A stretch of 64,000 bases of DNA from Macrostomum lignano (Eukaryota): the NCBI GenBank assembly GCA_002269645.1, contig NIVC01001957.1, positions 62,001 to 126,000 of the forward strand, given 5' to 3'. Position 1 is the first letter of the stretch. Each line of letters starts with the position of its first letter. The notes beneath the pieces were generated by a model. That model had not been told where the DNA came from. It saw only the letters and a list, made by a program, of their open reading frames with translations, and ran no database searches. Shown one piece after another: positions 23,046 to 35,800 of this stretch. A program made the position numbers and the translations under genes.

Positions 23046-23868
23046 TTCTTAATAAAATATCGAGCTTCGAACGTACATTCTACATCTATGTCGTACATAA
23101 ATTATCTGTGCATCCGTACGTGTAAAATCAGCAGAGATGGACAATGATTAAACGCAAACACATCCTTTTGAACCCTAAAACTTTCGGACCAAGCAGATTC
23201 GACTGGAACTGAACAATAAGAAAGTAATATTATCAGTCTTAAAGCTGCTAAATAGTATTTTTATTGGATATGCTATTGAATAGTATAGATAGAATTAATA
23301 ATATCAATTTATCTTCACTTGCAATATTAGTCATTTTCTCGTTTAACGGTTTACAAGTATGCTCGTATGTGCGTTTAAACAAATCTATGCACGTCTATAG
23401 CTTTTAAAGCATGTAAATATTCTTTAAAATAAGGTAAAGTGGTCATTAAAAATTTACCAATTAAATATTTTTAGAAAAATTTAATTAAGGTATGGTCATA
23501 ATGCAAACTCAATTTTGGACTGTTTCAAGGAAAACCGAAAAAATTACAAACCAAAGTCATAAGTGGCCAAGACTTGGATAACTGACGATTTCACTATCTT
23601 CGCTAATCCTAACTCTTTGCATATTCGTATGGAGCACTAACTATACACCTTATTTATTTGTGCATGCTTTGATACTAGTATTCTAAAAGTTAAACTTAGC
23701 CTTGCAGTAAAAATCCTACCAATCCAGTCCATTCGCTTCGCAATCTATTTGATAGCCATACATAAGCGACGTATCTAACTGTGCACTTTGTGCATAGTTT
23801 AAAAGTCATCATCAGTTGGCGTCAGAAGTGATAAGTGAATTGGTTATCTAAAAGGAATGGCTGACTGT

Positions 23869-26800
23869 ATGAAAATGCAGCAGAGAGATTCCTCTAATAA
23901 TTCGATGTCTGCATACTTACTAGATCATGATGAGATTAATGGTTCCAATCAACATCAATATTCAACTATTCAAGAAACTGGAGAAGAACGTAAAAAGGAG
24001 CAAAAATCTTGCTTTGCACGGTAAGTTTTCCCGATTATTGTAAGTAAAGTAGGATTGCTTGTTTAGAAACTATTCAATAATTATAGTATTTAATATATCA
24101 ATATCAATATCTACACATTATGCATGCAGCTAAATCAAGGATTATGACATAAATCTAAAACTAAGCCACACTAGTGATCATTAATAATTCATTTAAGCCT
24201 AGTCACCTAGAATATATGGCTTGTATTGGGTTTATTTTTTAGATTATGCTAAATTGGGATCCTTTTTAATTTTTATAGCAAAATGAAGATTCTAACTTCT
24301 AATTCAGAGCCTAATAAAATATAAAAATAAAATTAAGATCTCAATTCTTTCTTAGTTGCAAGTATATAATATGCCATGCATACTAAATATTTGGCTAAAA
24401 GTTTAAATAGTTTAAAAGTTTAAATACTAAAATAACATTGTCATCAATATTGCCAGCCATACCTATATCTTTTTCAATATCTTTGACACTATGTTAAAGC
24501 TAAATGGGACAATGATGCTAATTTTGTTGAGCTAAAAGCCCATTTTTAAGTGTAGGTCTATCTTTCTTAATTGCTATAGTCTAGTTTGTTACAACATTGG
24601 ATTTGTCCTAGTTGAGTTTTTATATTTGGGCTTCTATTGCTATAAGTTTTCTTTTTATATTCTATTGCCAAGCTTAGCTAGTGAGCCAGATCCCAAAATA
24701 TGCTGAAACACTTGCCATCTATAATCTCTTCCTATTGCTAGTTATGTTATCATCTTGCCAAAAATTTTTTTCTATACTATAGACTAGACTTAGGCCTCTT
24801 GAAATTGAATAATTAGGATATATTGTTTACCAACACATATCAGAAGCTTGTGCATGATCTAAGATCAATCCCTAATGTTAAAAGTCTATAGGGCTAACTT
24901 GGCTAGCTCAATTGCCTTGCCTCTAACTAGCCCTATTGGAATAAGTGTAAAAAACCTACAAAAATGTAACATAGGATCTAAAATTATAGCTTAAAAATGC
25001 AATGTTTGCAACAGAGTTCAACATGTTAACTTTTGCATTAAATACAGGTGTAATACTAATACTAATAGTTAATCTTGCTATTTACCTAAAAATTGCACCA
25101 TGCTGCTATACCACCTGACTTGACTCTAGCCACAATATATAAAAAATTCCAAAATTGTGATAGATGGTTGGATGCCTTTTGTCCACTTATAGGGCCAGCT
25201 AGTTCAAAGTAAAAAAAAATTATATATCATTAGGCAACCAATTACCAATGTAATATGTTTTGTGTATGCTAAACCTATTTAAAAAGTACAAAATTGCATA
25301 GCTTGGTTGATGTGTTAGCTAATATTTCTCTTGTTAATGGTGACACAAAAAAAGCCAATTAAAAAGTCTGCTATTATACCATGTTGGTAATTTGGTGCAT
25401 TTTTACTTTGTTAGCCACCTTCCAAAGAGGCAACATAGCTTTTTTAGCAGTGATTACCAATATATAATGCACCCATTAAAATGCAGAGTAGCCACTTCAG
25501 ATTTGTATTGCATCATAAAGCTCTTGCCTATGATGACCCACAGAGAGGCTATCACTAATGCCTTAAAAACAACAATGGTCCACACTCTTAAATTAATGTT
25601 TTTTTGCAAATTGAATATACCTGATTGATCAGATATTTAGAATAGAAAGGTCAAAGTGTCTTATAGTAACAGAAGTAATTTATCATGTTATGTTTCTAGT
25701 TGGGTAATTATTTGTCACATTTGATTTAAATAAATGTAATGATTTATGGTTTTATTTACTTTGCATGCTCACATGAATCAATGTGCTCAATAATACAATA
25801 ACAAAACTGACAGAAACCGAATAAAGATCCCCATCTCCTATTTTTTTATTTTCACATATTCCAAAGTAATGATTCTACCATTGCCATAGTAATGGTTCAA
25901 TGTAAGGTATAATTTTTTGCCTATAGGTAATTGTAGCTAGCAAGACTGAAGTTGAGCCACACCAGTGGTATTAGTAGAAGTGGTCAATATAGTGAGGTTG
26001 AGAAACTTGTACTAGAAGGTATAAAGTATAAGCATAGCATGTTAGAGTGGGATATACGAGGGGTGTCCAAAAAGTAGTGATACTTTTAACTATAGCTCTC
26101 GTTCTATAGCTTCCTGTGATTTAAAATTTTATGAACTGATAGTGGCAAATCTCTTCTACAGACTGCTTTTTGAATTTTTAAAATTGATACCAGAGAACAA
26201 AAGTTATACCCATGAAAGTAGCAGTATATGTACCATAGAGTTATACAAATTATAGGCTGAGCTTCACGAGATCCATGCCGAGTAAGCTTCAATGAATTGT
26301 TGATTTCGGCTTGTCCAACCTGTCAGCAATCTCTCTAATGGTCATTTGGGAGTCCTCGTCAAGAAGATCCAGAATGGAGTCCGCCAGTACATCAGGTCGA
26401 TGAACGTATGGCCGCCTCGTCCGATGCTGATCTCCCAAGTCAGTCCTTCCCTCGCTGAACTGCTCCATCCATCGATAAACTGTCATTTTGCTGACCGCAG
26501 AGGATCCGTGCGCAGAGCAAAGTTTTGCGTGAATTGCTGAGGCACTATGGCCAGCGCCCCAAAGAGTGAAGATGGCACTTTGCTGAGCAACAACTGAGTG
26601 CACATCCATGTGTGTTGTCGAGTATGGGCAATGAAATCATGAACAAATCGCAAAATGCAAGCTCCTCTGTTTGCAAGTAAAGTAATGAATTTAATGCTTT
26701 ATTTTTCTGCGCATGATTCCGTCCATAGACAAATTTCAGTCAGTCACAGTGAGCATCATTTTGCAATTGGGCTGTGGTATTGCTTAAACAAGACATTTAT

Positions 26801-29800
26801 CGATGCCTTCTTAATGAATGAGTGCAGAAGTCGACTATTACAAATTTTGATATAGTTTGTGTAACTTTATGATACAGGTACTGTTACTTTCATGGGTATA
26901 AATTTTTTTCTCTGGTATCAATTTTAAAAATTCGAAAAGCAGTCTGTAGAAGAGATTTGCCGCTATCAGTTCATAAAACTTTAAATCACAGGAAGCTATA
27001 GAAAGAGAGCTACAGTTAAAAGTATCACTACTTTTTGAACACCCCTTGTAGAATGTATTTTGTGCATAATACAAGATACTGAGTATAGCATCATAGTTAA
27101 TATCCAAATGGGCAAAAGAAATATAAAAATAAACAATGGCACTCACTTTGCTTAACAGTTCATCCAAAGTCTTCAGAACAACAGTTGATATATCTTTGTC
27201 AATAAGACTGTTTTGCCTTACATTGTCCACTAACACTATCAGAATCATTGCCGCAACATTAATAGTGCAATACCAAGTAGCTGTCCAATGAGGCCTCAAT
27301 CTTCGAAGGCCACCAATACATTGTTTATCATTGTCATCATTGTCTAATGTCTCATTTACACTAGCTATTGCAATTATAGCAGACTTGCTAGATCTTCTAT
27401 TATGGTTGTAGCTAGCATACCTTTGATTGTCAACTGACAAGCTTAAGCTTGGCACTGCTAGGTATCTCTAGTATTGAATCTGGGTTTTTAAGGTTGGAAA
27501 TCCAGTTGCCAGCTGGCCCTTGGGGCTCAAAATCTAGTTGCCAATGGCTATTTTTGGTTGCTCATTGGCAACTGGCCAAATTCTTGAGGATAAATATTTC
27601 CAAGACACTAAATTTTGAGTAACATGTACATATTATATTAACAATAACAAACTAACAATTCCATCATATCACATCAATTCATATGGCGCTTTTTACACTT
27701 ACAAAAACAATTTTTGAAATTGGCAACTGGCACAGGGAAAATGAAGTTGCCAGATTGGCCTCTGATGCCTAAAATCCAGTTGCCAATGGCTTTTTTGGGT
27801 AGCCAGTGGCTACCGTATGGCCTAAAAAACCCAGTATTGAATACCAGCTTCTCACTCTGAGCAATCCCCTTAGATAGAAGTGGGGCCATAATTGAGTCTG
27901 TTTGTTGCTACTGGGCATCAGAGTTCGAGTCTCCTAGCATATTGACTAATTGTTTTTTGCCAATTTTTTGTATCTTCAACAAAGACTAAGAATCAAGACT
28001 AAGATCAAGAAAGACTAAGGAACTATTTGAGACTTGCAAGCTCTTGTTAAAAAGGATCTAAAGATCCTTGGAAAAACAATAGTGCACAGGCATGGAAAAT
28101 ATTTTGTGCTAGCTTTGCCAATTTTTAGGCACTCAGTTTTCCAATACTCCTCCATTGAATCCAAATTCCCAAAGCAAACTGTTGATAAGAATGACATATA
28201 GGAGATCTACTTGTACATGTGTGATGTATATTGTCAGGTCAAGTCCAATTCACCTTATTTATCTAGGTGAATATTCAATGACCACAATAAAGTTCAGGAG
28301 GCTGCATTGCAGTGGGCAATAATAGGTCCTGATAAAGTTTGCTTGAAAAGACAGGTTTGGTGACTCATTGGCCATTGTAATCAATTTTAAGGAGAGATTA
28401 GATTACAAACTAGTAGGCCTACCAGTTTTTACTTTCTGGATAGCCAAAGTAAATTTACCAGAATTTTTTTGTTGCTTATATTGACAATATGAAAAATTCT
28501 TTAATAATCAACTTTGTGTCTAGGAAACAATTTAAAATTCTTCTTTATATGAATATTCAAACTTTGCTATGGTGTCACAAGAAGTTTTTTAATTTCAAGA
28601 AATTGATGCTTGACATATGATAGGGAGGTGATTATATGAGGAAGTAATTTTTGCTACAATAGCATGATTTAGTGTATATAAACATGCTAACAATCCTATC
28701 TTGTTTCAGGAAAACATCAAAAAGGAGAAAGAAAGCCAGTGTCTTATGGATAATTATATTTAAAGCAGAATAGTATTACCAATTGATATGCCATGATAAC
28801 CATAATTACACAAAAAATTGACAAAGAAATCTTGCCTTAAGTAGAAGACACAAATATTTTACTTTCAACTCAACCCTGCCCCCCCCCCTTTACCCGTAAC
28901 ACGGCAGATGTTGGGAACGCTGCTGTGCCTGCTTAAATCCACCTAAGCAGTACCTGCCTAGAGTGGTATTTTTGGGCCGTCCCAGCAAAACAGTTCGATA
29001 TCCTCCGAATCGGATTCGCAATCAAAAGTACTCAGTGTTCAGCTTTGTATTCCTGGTACTGTTCGAACAGTTTAAACTGTTTTTGAATTTCTGCTTCCTA
29101 GTCATGGCATTGTCGCAGTTCGTACCGCCACTGAGGATTGGCTATCTCTATACCTACTGGGGACCGCTCGGCTTCGTGGTCTTCGTCACCATGGTCAGGG
29201 AGGCTGTTGACGATTTCCGGCGATGGAGACGCGACCGAGAATTGAATGGCACCGTTTATGAGCGGTTGGCTCGGGGCGGGTCGAAACTCGTACCTAGCAG
29301 CGTTTTACAGGTAAACCCAGTTTATTCAATTTTGGCGCCGATTTGTTATTTAATTTTTAGCGCCGATTTTTGTGTTCAAATTTGGCGCCGATGTTTTTAT
29401 TAATCTTTAGCGATTTTTTGTTTAATTGGGTGCCAATTTTTAATTAAAATTTAACGCCGATATTTTAGTTCAAATTCGGCGCCGATTTTTTAATTCATAT
29501 TTGGCGCATTCTATTGAAAATTTGGCGCCGATTTTTTTCCTTTAAATTAAGCGCCGATGGTTTTTAAAATTTAGCGCTGGTTTTTTTAATTCAAATTGGG
29601 CGCCATTTTTTAATTCAAATTTGGCGCCGATTTTCTATTCAAATTAAGCGCCATTTTTAATTCAAATTTGGCGCCGATTTTCTATTCAAATTTAGCGCCG
29701 ATTTTTTAATTTAAATTTGGCGCCGATTTTTAATTTAGATTTCGCGCCATTTTTTAAATTCAGATTTGGCGCCAGCTTTTTAAAATTCAAATTTGGTGCT

Positions 29801-32800
29801 TTTTTAATTCAAATTTGGCGCATTTTTATTGAAAATGTGGCGCCGATTTTTTTCCTTTAAATTAAGCGCCGATGGTTTTTAAAATTTAGCGCTGGTTTTT
29901 TAATTCAAATTGGGCATCAATTTTTCTATTCGAATTTGGCGCCGATTTTCTATTCAAATTTGGCGCCGATTTTTTAATTCAAATTTGGCGTCAATTTTCT
30001 ATTAAAATTTAGCGCCGACTTTTTAATTTAAATTTGGCGCCGATTTTTTATTTAGATTTAGCGCCATTTTTTAAATTCAGATTTGGTGCCAGCTTTTTTT
30101 AAATTCAAATTTGGCGCTGATCTAATTTCAATCATAGCATAAAATGGATCCGTCAACTTTGGCCATGATTTTATCCCCAGGTCGGTGACGTCATCCGAGT
30201 CAACAAGAACGAACGCGTGCCGGCAGATCTAGTCCTATTGCGCACCTCGGAAAAGCAGGGCACCTGCTATCTGCGCACGGATCAACTAGACGGTGAGACA
30301 GACTGGAAACTGCGGGTGGCGCCGCCAACAACTCAACGGTTGAGTAGCGATGAGGAGCTTCTGAGTGTGGGGGCCAGCGTCTACGCTGAACGGCCGGGTC
30401 TGGATATTCACAGCTTCATTGGCACCCTTAGCTTGTCCGGACCGGAAACGCCTGACTCTGGTTCTGCCGCTGTAGCTGGCGACCAAGTGAGTTTGTTGTT
30501 AATTATAATAATAATTACCCCCTTAACCATAACAGAATCGCCCTGACAAACTTAAAAGAATCGCCCTGTCAACCATAATAGAATCGCCCTGTCAACCATA
30601 GAAGAATCGCCCTGTCAATCATAATAGAATCGCCCTGTCAACCATAGAAGAATCGCCCTGTCAATCATAATAGAATCGCCCTGTCAACCATAGAAGAATC
30701 GCCCTGTCAATCATAAAAGAATCGCCCTGACAACCATAAAAGAATCGCCCTGACAACCATAAAAGAATCGCCCTGTCAACCATAAAAGAATCGCCCTGAC
30801 AAACATAAAAGAATCGCCCTGTCAAGCATAAAAGAATCGCCCTGTCAACCATTTAAGAATCGCCCTGACAAACATAAAAGAATCGCCCTGTCAACCATGA
30901 AAGAATCGCCCTGAAAAACTTAAAGGAATCGCCCTGAAAAACTTAAAGGAATCGCCCTGTTAACCATAAAAGAATCGCCCTGTCAACCATAAAAGAATCG
31001 CCCTGTCAGCCATAAAAGAATCGCCCTGTCAGCCATAAAAGAATCACCCTGTCAACCATAAAAGAATCGCCCTGTCAGCCATAAAAGAATCACCCTGTCA
31101 ACCATAAAAGAATCGCCCTGTCAGCCATAAAAGAATCGCCCTGTCAGCCATAAAAGAATCACCCTGTCAACCATAAAAGAATCGCCCTGTCAACCATAAA
31201 AGAATCGCCCTGTCAGCCATAAAAGAATCGCCCTGTCAATCATAAAAGAATCACCCTGTCAATCATAAAATAATCGCCCTGACAACTATAAAATAATCGC
31301 CCTGACAATTATAAAAGAATCACCCTGTCAACCATAGAAAAATCGCCCTGACAACCCTAGAAAAATCGCCCTGTCAGCCATAAAAGAATCGCCCTGTCAA
31401 CCATGAAAGAATCGCCCTGTCAACCATAAAAGAATCGCCCTGTCAGCCATAAAAGAATCACCCTGTCAACCATAAAAGAATCGCCCTGTCAACCATAAAA
31501 GAATCGCCCTGTCAACCATAAAAGAATCGCCCTGTCAACCATAAAAGAATCGCCCTGTCAACCATAAAAGAATCGCCCTGTCAACCATAAAAGAATCGCC
31601 CTGTCAACCATAAAAGAATCGCCCTTTGGAAGCCATTAAACATCTTTGTCATCAATGCTTCAAGAACGCCCCCGTCCACTGTTACTATCCAGGCATCCCT
31701 GTCAGTGGAGAACACCCTGTGGACCAACACAGTGGTGGCCTCCAACTGGGCAGTTGGTGTAGTTGTGTACACTGGCGCGGAGACTAGAGCCGCTATGAAC
31801 AGTACACCACCTAGAAGTAAATTCGGATTAGTGGATCGTGAGATTAACAACGTTACAAAGCTGCTAGTTGCTAGCGTTCTGCTGCTGTCAATGCTGATGG
31901 TTGCCCTGAAAGGTTTCGGCGGTCAATGGTACAAATACTATTGGAGATTTCTGCTGCTATTCTCCTACATTATTCCGCTCGCGTAAGTTCTGTGTTGTGC
32001 CTGCATGTCGTGGGCGTCCTAACTTATTGACACTCCATAAAATCTAAAAAGTACATAATAGTTTGTACGCAATGCAAGTACTGCGTATTAGTGTAGTATG
32101 TATGGTCAGATATTCACTGATTTATTATCGATCAATTTTATATCGATTGCAAGCTGTCTCTCTCTCTCTCCTCTCTACCCCGTCTCTCCGGTCTTTCACT
32201 CTCTGACCCCCTCACTCTGCCAATCTGTGTGTGTTCTGTGATTTCTGCTTTTTTATATACTAACAGCCCGTAACATCTGTTACCAAAACCATAGTGTTTT
32301 TAATTTAGTCAGCTAGGAACTATAATCTACTGAATTAGCTTATGTATATTAATCAGTAGTATGGCGGGGATTTTTGTTTTAAACGTCTCCAGACACAAAA
32401 TTGGCTTCTCCTGACACATGAAGTCAGCGTCTTCTGACACATCAAATTGGCTTCTCCTGACACATGAAGTTAGCGTCTCCTGACACATCAAATTAGCTTC
32501 TCCTGACACATCAAATTAGCGTCTCCTGACACATCAAATTAGCGTCTCCTGACACATGAAGTTAGCGTCTCCTGACACATCAAATTAGCGTCTCCTGACA
32601 CATCAAATTAGCGTCTCCTGACACATCAAATTAGCGTCTCCTGACACATCAAATTAGCGTCTCCTGACACATCAAATTAGTGTCTCCTGACACATCAAAT
32701 TAGCGTCTACTGACACATCAAATTAGCGTCTCCTGACACATTATTTTCTCATTGCAGTCTTCGCGTCAATCTAGACATGGCCAAGATCACCTATTCGTTT

Positions 32801-35800
32801 CTAATTATGCGAGACGATAAACTGGAAGGCAATATTGTTCGCAATACCACCATACCCGAGGAGCTGGGTCGGATTAGCTATTTATTAAGCGATAAAACTG
32901 GCACATTAACGGAAAATGAAATGGTGAGTAATCATTTCTTGGAAAGTCGAGGTAACCGGCCGGAGTAACTATCCCTGTTTCTAATAAGTAAAATGCCTCG
33001 TCATATTGGTAATCTGTTAGGTGATATCCAATAGTGCATACTTTAGCAATTCTGCCCATTCCGCTGACTCCTGAGCACATACAAGCGCCCCTTGGTGCTG
33101 GCGCCCCTTGGTGCTGGCGCCCCTTGGTGCTGGCGCCCCTTGGTGCTGGCGCCCCTTGGTGCTGGCGCCCCTTGGTGCTGGCGCCCCTTGGTGCTGGCGC
33201 CCCTTGGTGCTGGCGCCCCTTGGTGCTTTACACACACAGGGCCTTAAATTTAAATCGTTACAACCCCAATTCAAATTAAAACAGGTATTCAAGAAATTAC
33301 ACTTGGGCACCATTGCTTTCACTGACGAGCCCGACTCGCATGCCGAAGTTCGAGATCACGTTCGGGCCAGCGTAGCTGAGGGTGGCGGTTCTGGCAAGCA
33401 GTCGCAGCAGCAGCAGCAATCAACTGCTGGCTCCTCAATCACTCGCCAAGGTGCCGATCTCGCTGGCCGCACCGCTGAAGCCGTGCGAGCGATCGCTCTG
33501 TGCCACAATGTCACGCCGGTGTACGAGGATGGCGACTGCGAGACGGCCGAATCAGCTGGCGGCAGCAGCGGCGGTATCAGTCGTGGCGGATACGGGGAAC
33601 CTAGCTATCAGGTGAGCCATTCGGGTGCAATGTGCATTCAAAACTCCCTGTCTAACCCCAATGTACATTCAAAAACCCCTGTCTAACCCCAATGTACATT
33701 CAAAAACCCCTGTCTAACCCCAATGTACATTCAAAAACCCCTGTCTAACCCCAATGTACATCCAAATCCCTGTCTAAGCCTAATATACATCCAAACCCCT
33801 GTCTGAAAACCAATGTACATCCAAAGCCCCTGTCTAACCCCAATGTACATCCAAACCCCTGTCTAACCCCAATGTACATCCAAACCCCTGTCTAACCAAT
33901 GTACATCCAAATCCCCTGTCTATCCGCAATGTACATCTAAACCACTGTCTAACCCCAATGTACATCCAAACCCCCTCTTCCTAACATTAATGTACATTCA
34001 ATTCTCATGTCTATCCCCAGTCTACACCCGTTTTACACCCAAGCTCTCAGCTCCAATGTACACCCAAACTCTCAGCCCCAATGAATACCCAAACTCTCAA
34101 CCCCAATGTACACCCAAACTCTCAGCCCCAATGTACACCCAAACTCCCAGCCCCAATGTACACCCCATCTCTCAGTATAATGTACATCCAACCTCTAAGC
34201 CCCAATGTACACCCAAACTCCCAATGTACACCCAAACTCCCAGCCCCAATGTATACCTAAACTCTCAGTCCTAATGTACACCCAAGCCTTCACCCGCCAC
34301 ATTCCGCAGGCCAGCAGTCCAGACGAAGTGGCCCTAGTCTCCTGGACCGCAAGCGTTGGCCTAACATTGGCCCATCGAGACCAAAGCAGCATGCGTCTGC
34401 GAGCCGATAACGGAACTGAACTCAACTACACTGTGCTCCATCTGTTTCCATTCAGCAGCGAATCGAAACGGATGGGTATCATTGTGCGCGACGATCGCAC
34501 GGGCGAGATTGTATTCTACGCCAAAGGCGCCGATACTGTCATTGGAGCCGTGGTGCAACCTGTAGATTGGCTGGAAGAGGAGGTTGGTAACCTGGCTAGG
34601 GAGGGCTTGAGAACTCTGTTAGTCGCTAGGCGAGTGCTTCGGCCGGATTTCTACGAGGATTGGAATAGGAAGTAAGTGCTATATTGCTTTGTGGGATAAT
34701 GTTCCCTTTTGTTCTCTAGTTGTGATCAGAATCGCCTTTAGTATTTACTCGTAGCTTTATATGGAATCAGATTGCCCTTCAGTTAGTCTGTTGGGATCAG
34801 AATCCCCTATTATTCTTCGGTTGGAATCATAGTCCCCTATTATTCCTCAGTTAGGATCAGAATCCCCTGTTATTCCTCAGTTGGGATCAGAATCCCCTGT
34901 TAATCCTCAGTTGGGAGCATAATCCCCTGTTATTCCTCCGTTAATATCAGAATCCCCTGTTAATCCTCAGTTGGGAGCATAATCCCCTGTTATTCCTCAG
35001 TTAGGATCAGAATCCCCTGTTATTCCTCAGTTGGGATCAGAATCCCCTGTTATTCCTCAGTTGGGATCAGAATCCCCTGTTAATCCTCAGTTGGGAGCAT
35101 AATCCCCTGTTATTCCTCAGTTAGGATCAGAATCCCCTGTTATTCCTCAGTTGGGATCAGAATCCCCTGTTATTCCTCAGTTGGGATCAGAATCCCCTGT
35201 TAATCCTCAGTTGGGAGCAGAATCCCCTGTTATTCCTCAGTTAGGATCAGAATCCCCTGTTATTCCTCAGTTGGGATCAGAATCCCCTGTTATTCCTCAG
35301 TTGGGATCAGAATCCCCTGTTAATCCTCAGTTGGGAGCAGAATCCCCCGTTATTCCTCAGTTAGGATCAGAATCCCCTGTTAATTTTCAGTTGGGATCAG
35401 AATCCCCTATAATTCCTCATTTGGAATCAGAATCCCCTATTATTCCTCAGTTGGGATCAGAATCCCCTATAATTTCTCAGTTGGGATCAGAATCCCCTGT
35501 TATTCCTCAGTTAGGATCAGAATCCCATCATTTTCACCAGTTGGGATCATAATCCCATTATGTTCACCAGTTGGGATCAGAATCCCATCATTTTCACCAG
35601 TTGGGATCATAATCCCATTATGTTCACCAGTTGGGATCAGAATCCCATCATGTTCACCAGTTGGGATCAGAATCCCATCATGTTCACCAGTTGGGATCAG
35701 AATCCCATCATGTTCACCAGTTGGGATCAGAATCCCATCATGTTCACCAGTTGGGATCAGAATCCCATCATGTTCACCAGTTGGGATCAGAATCCCCTGT

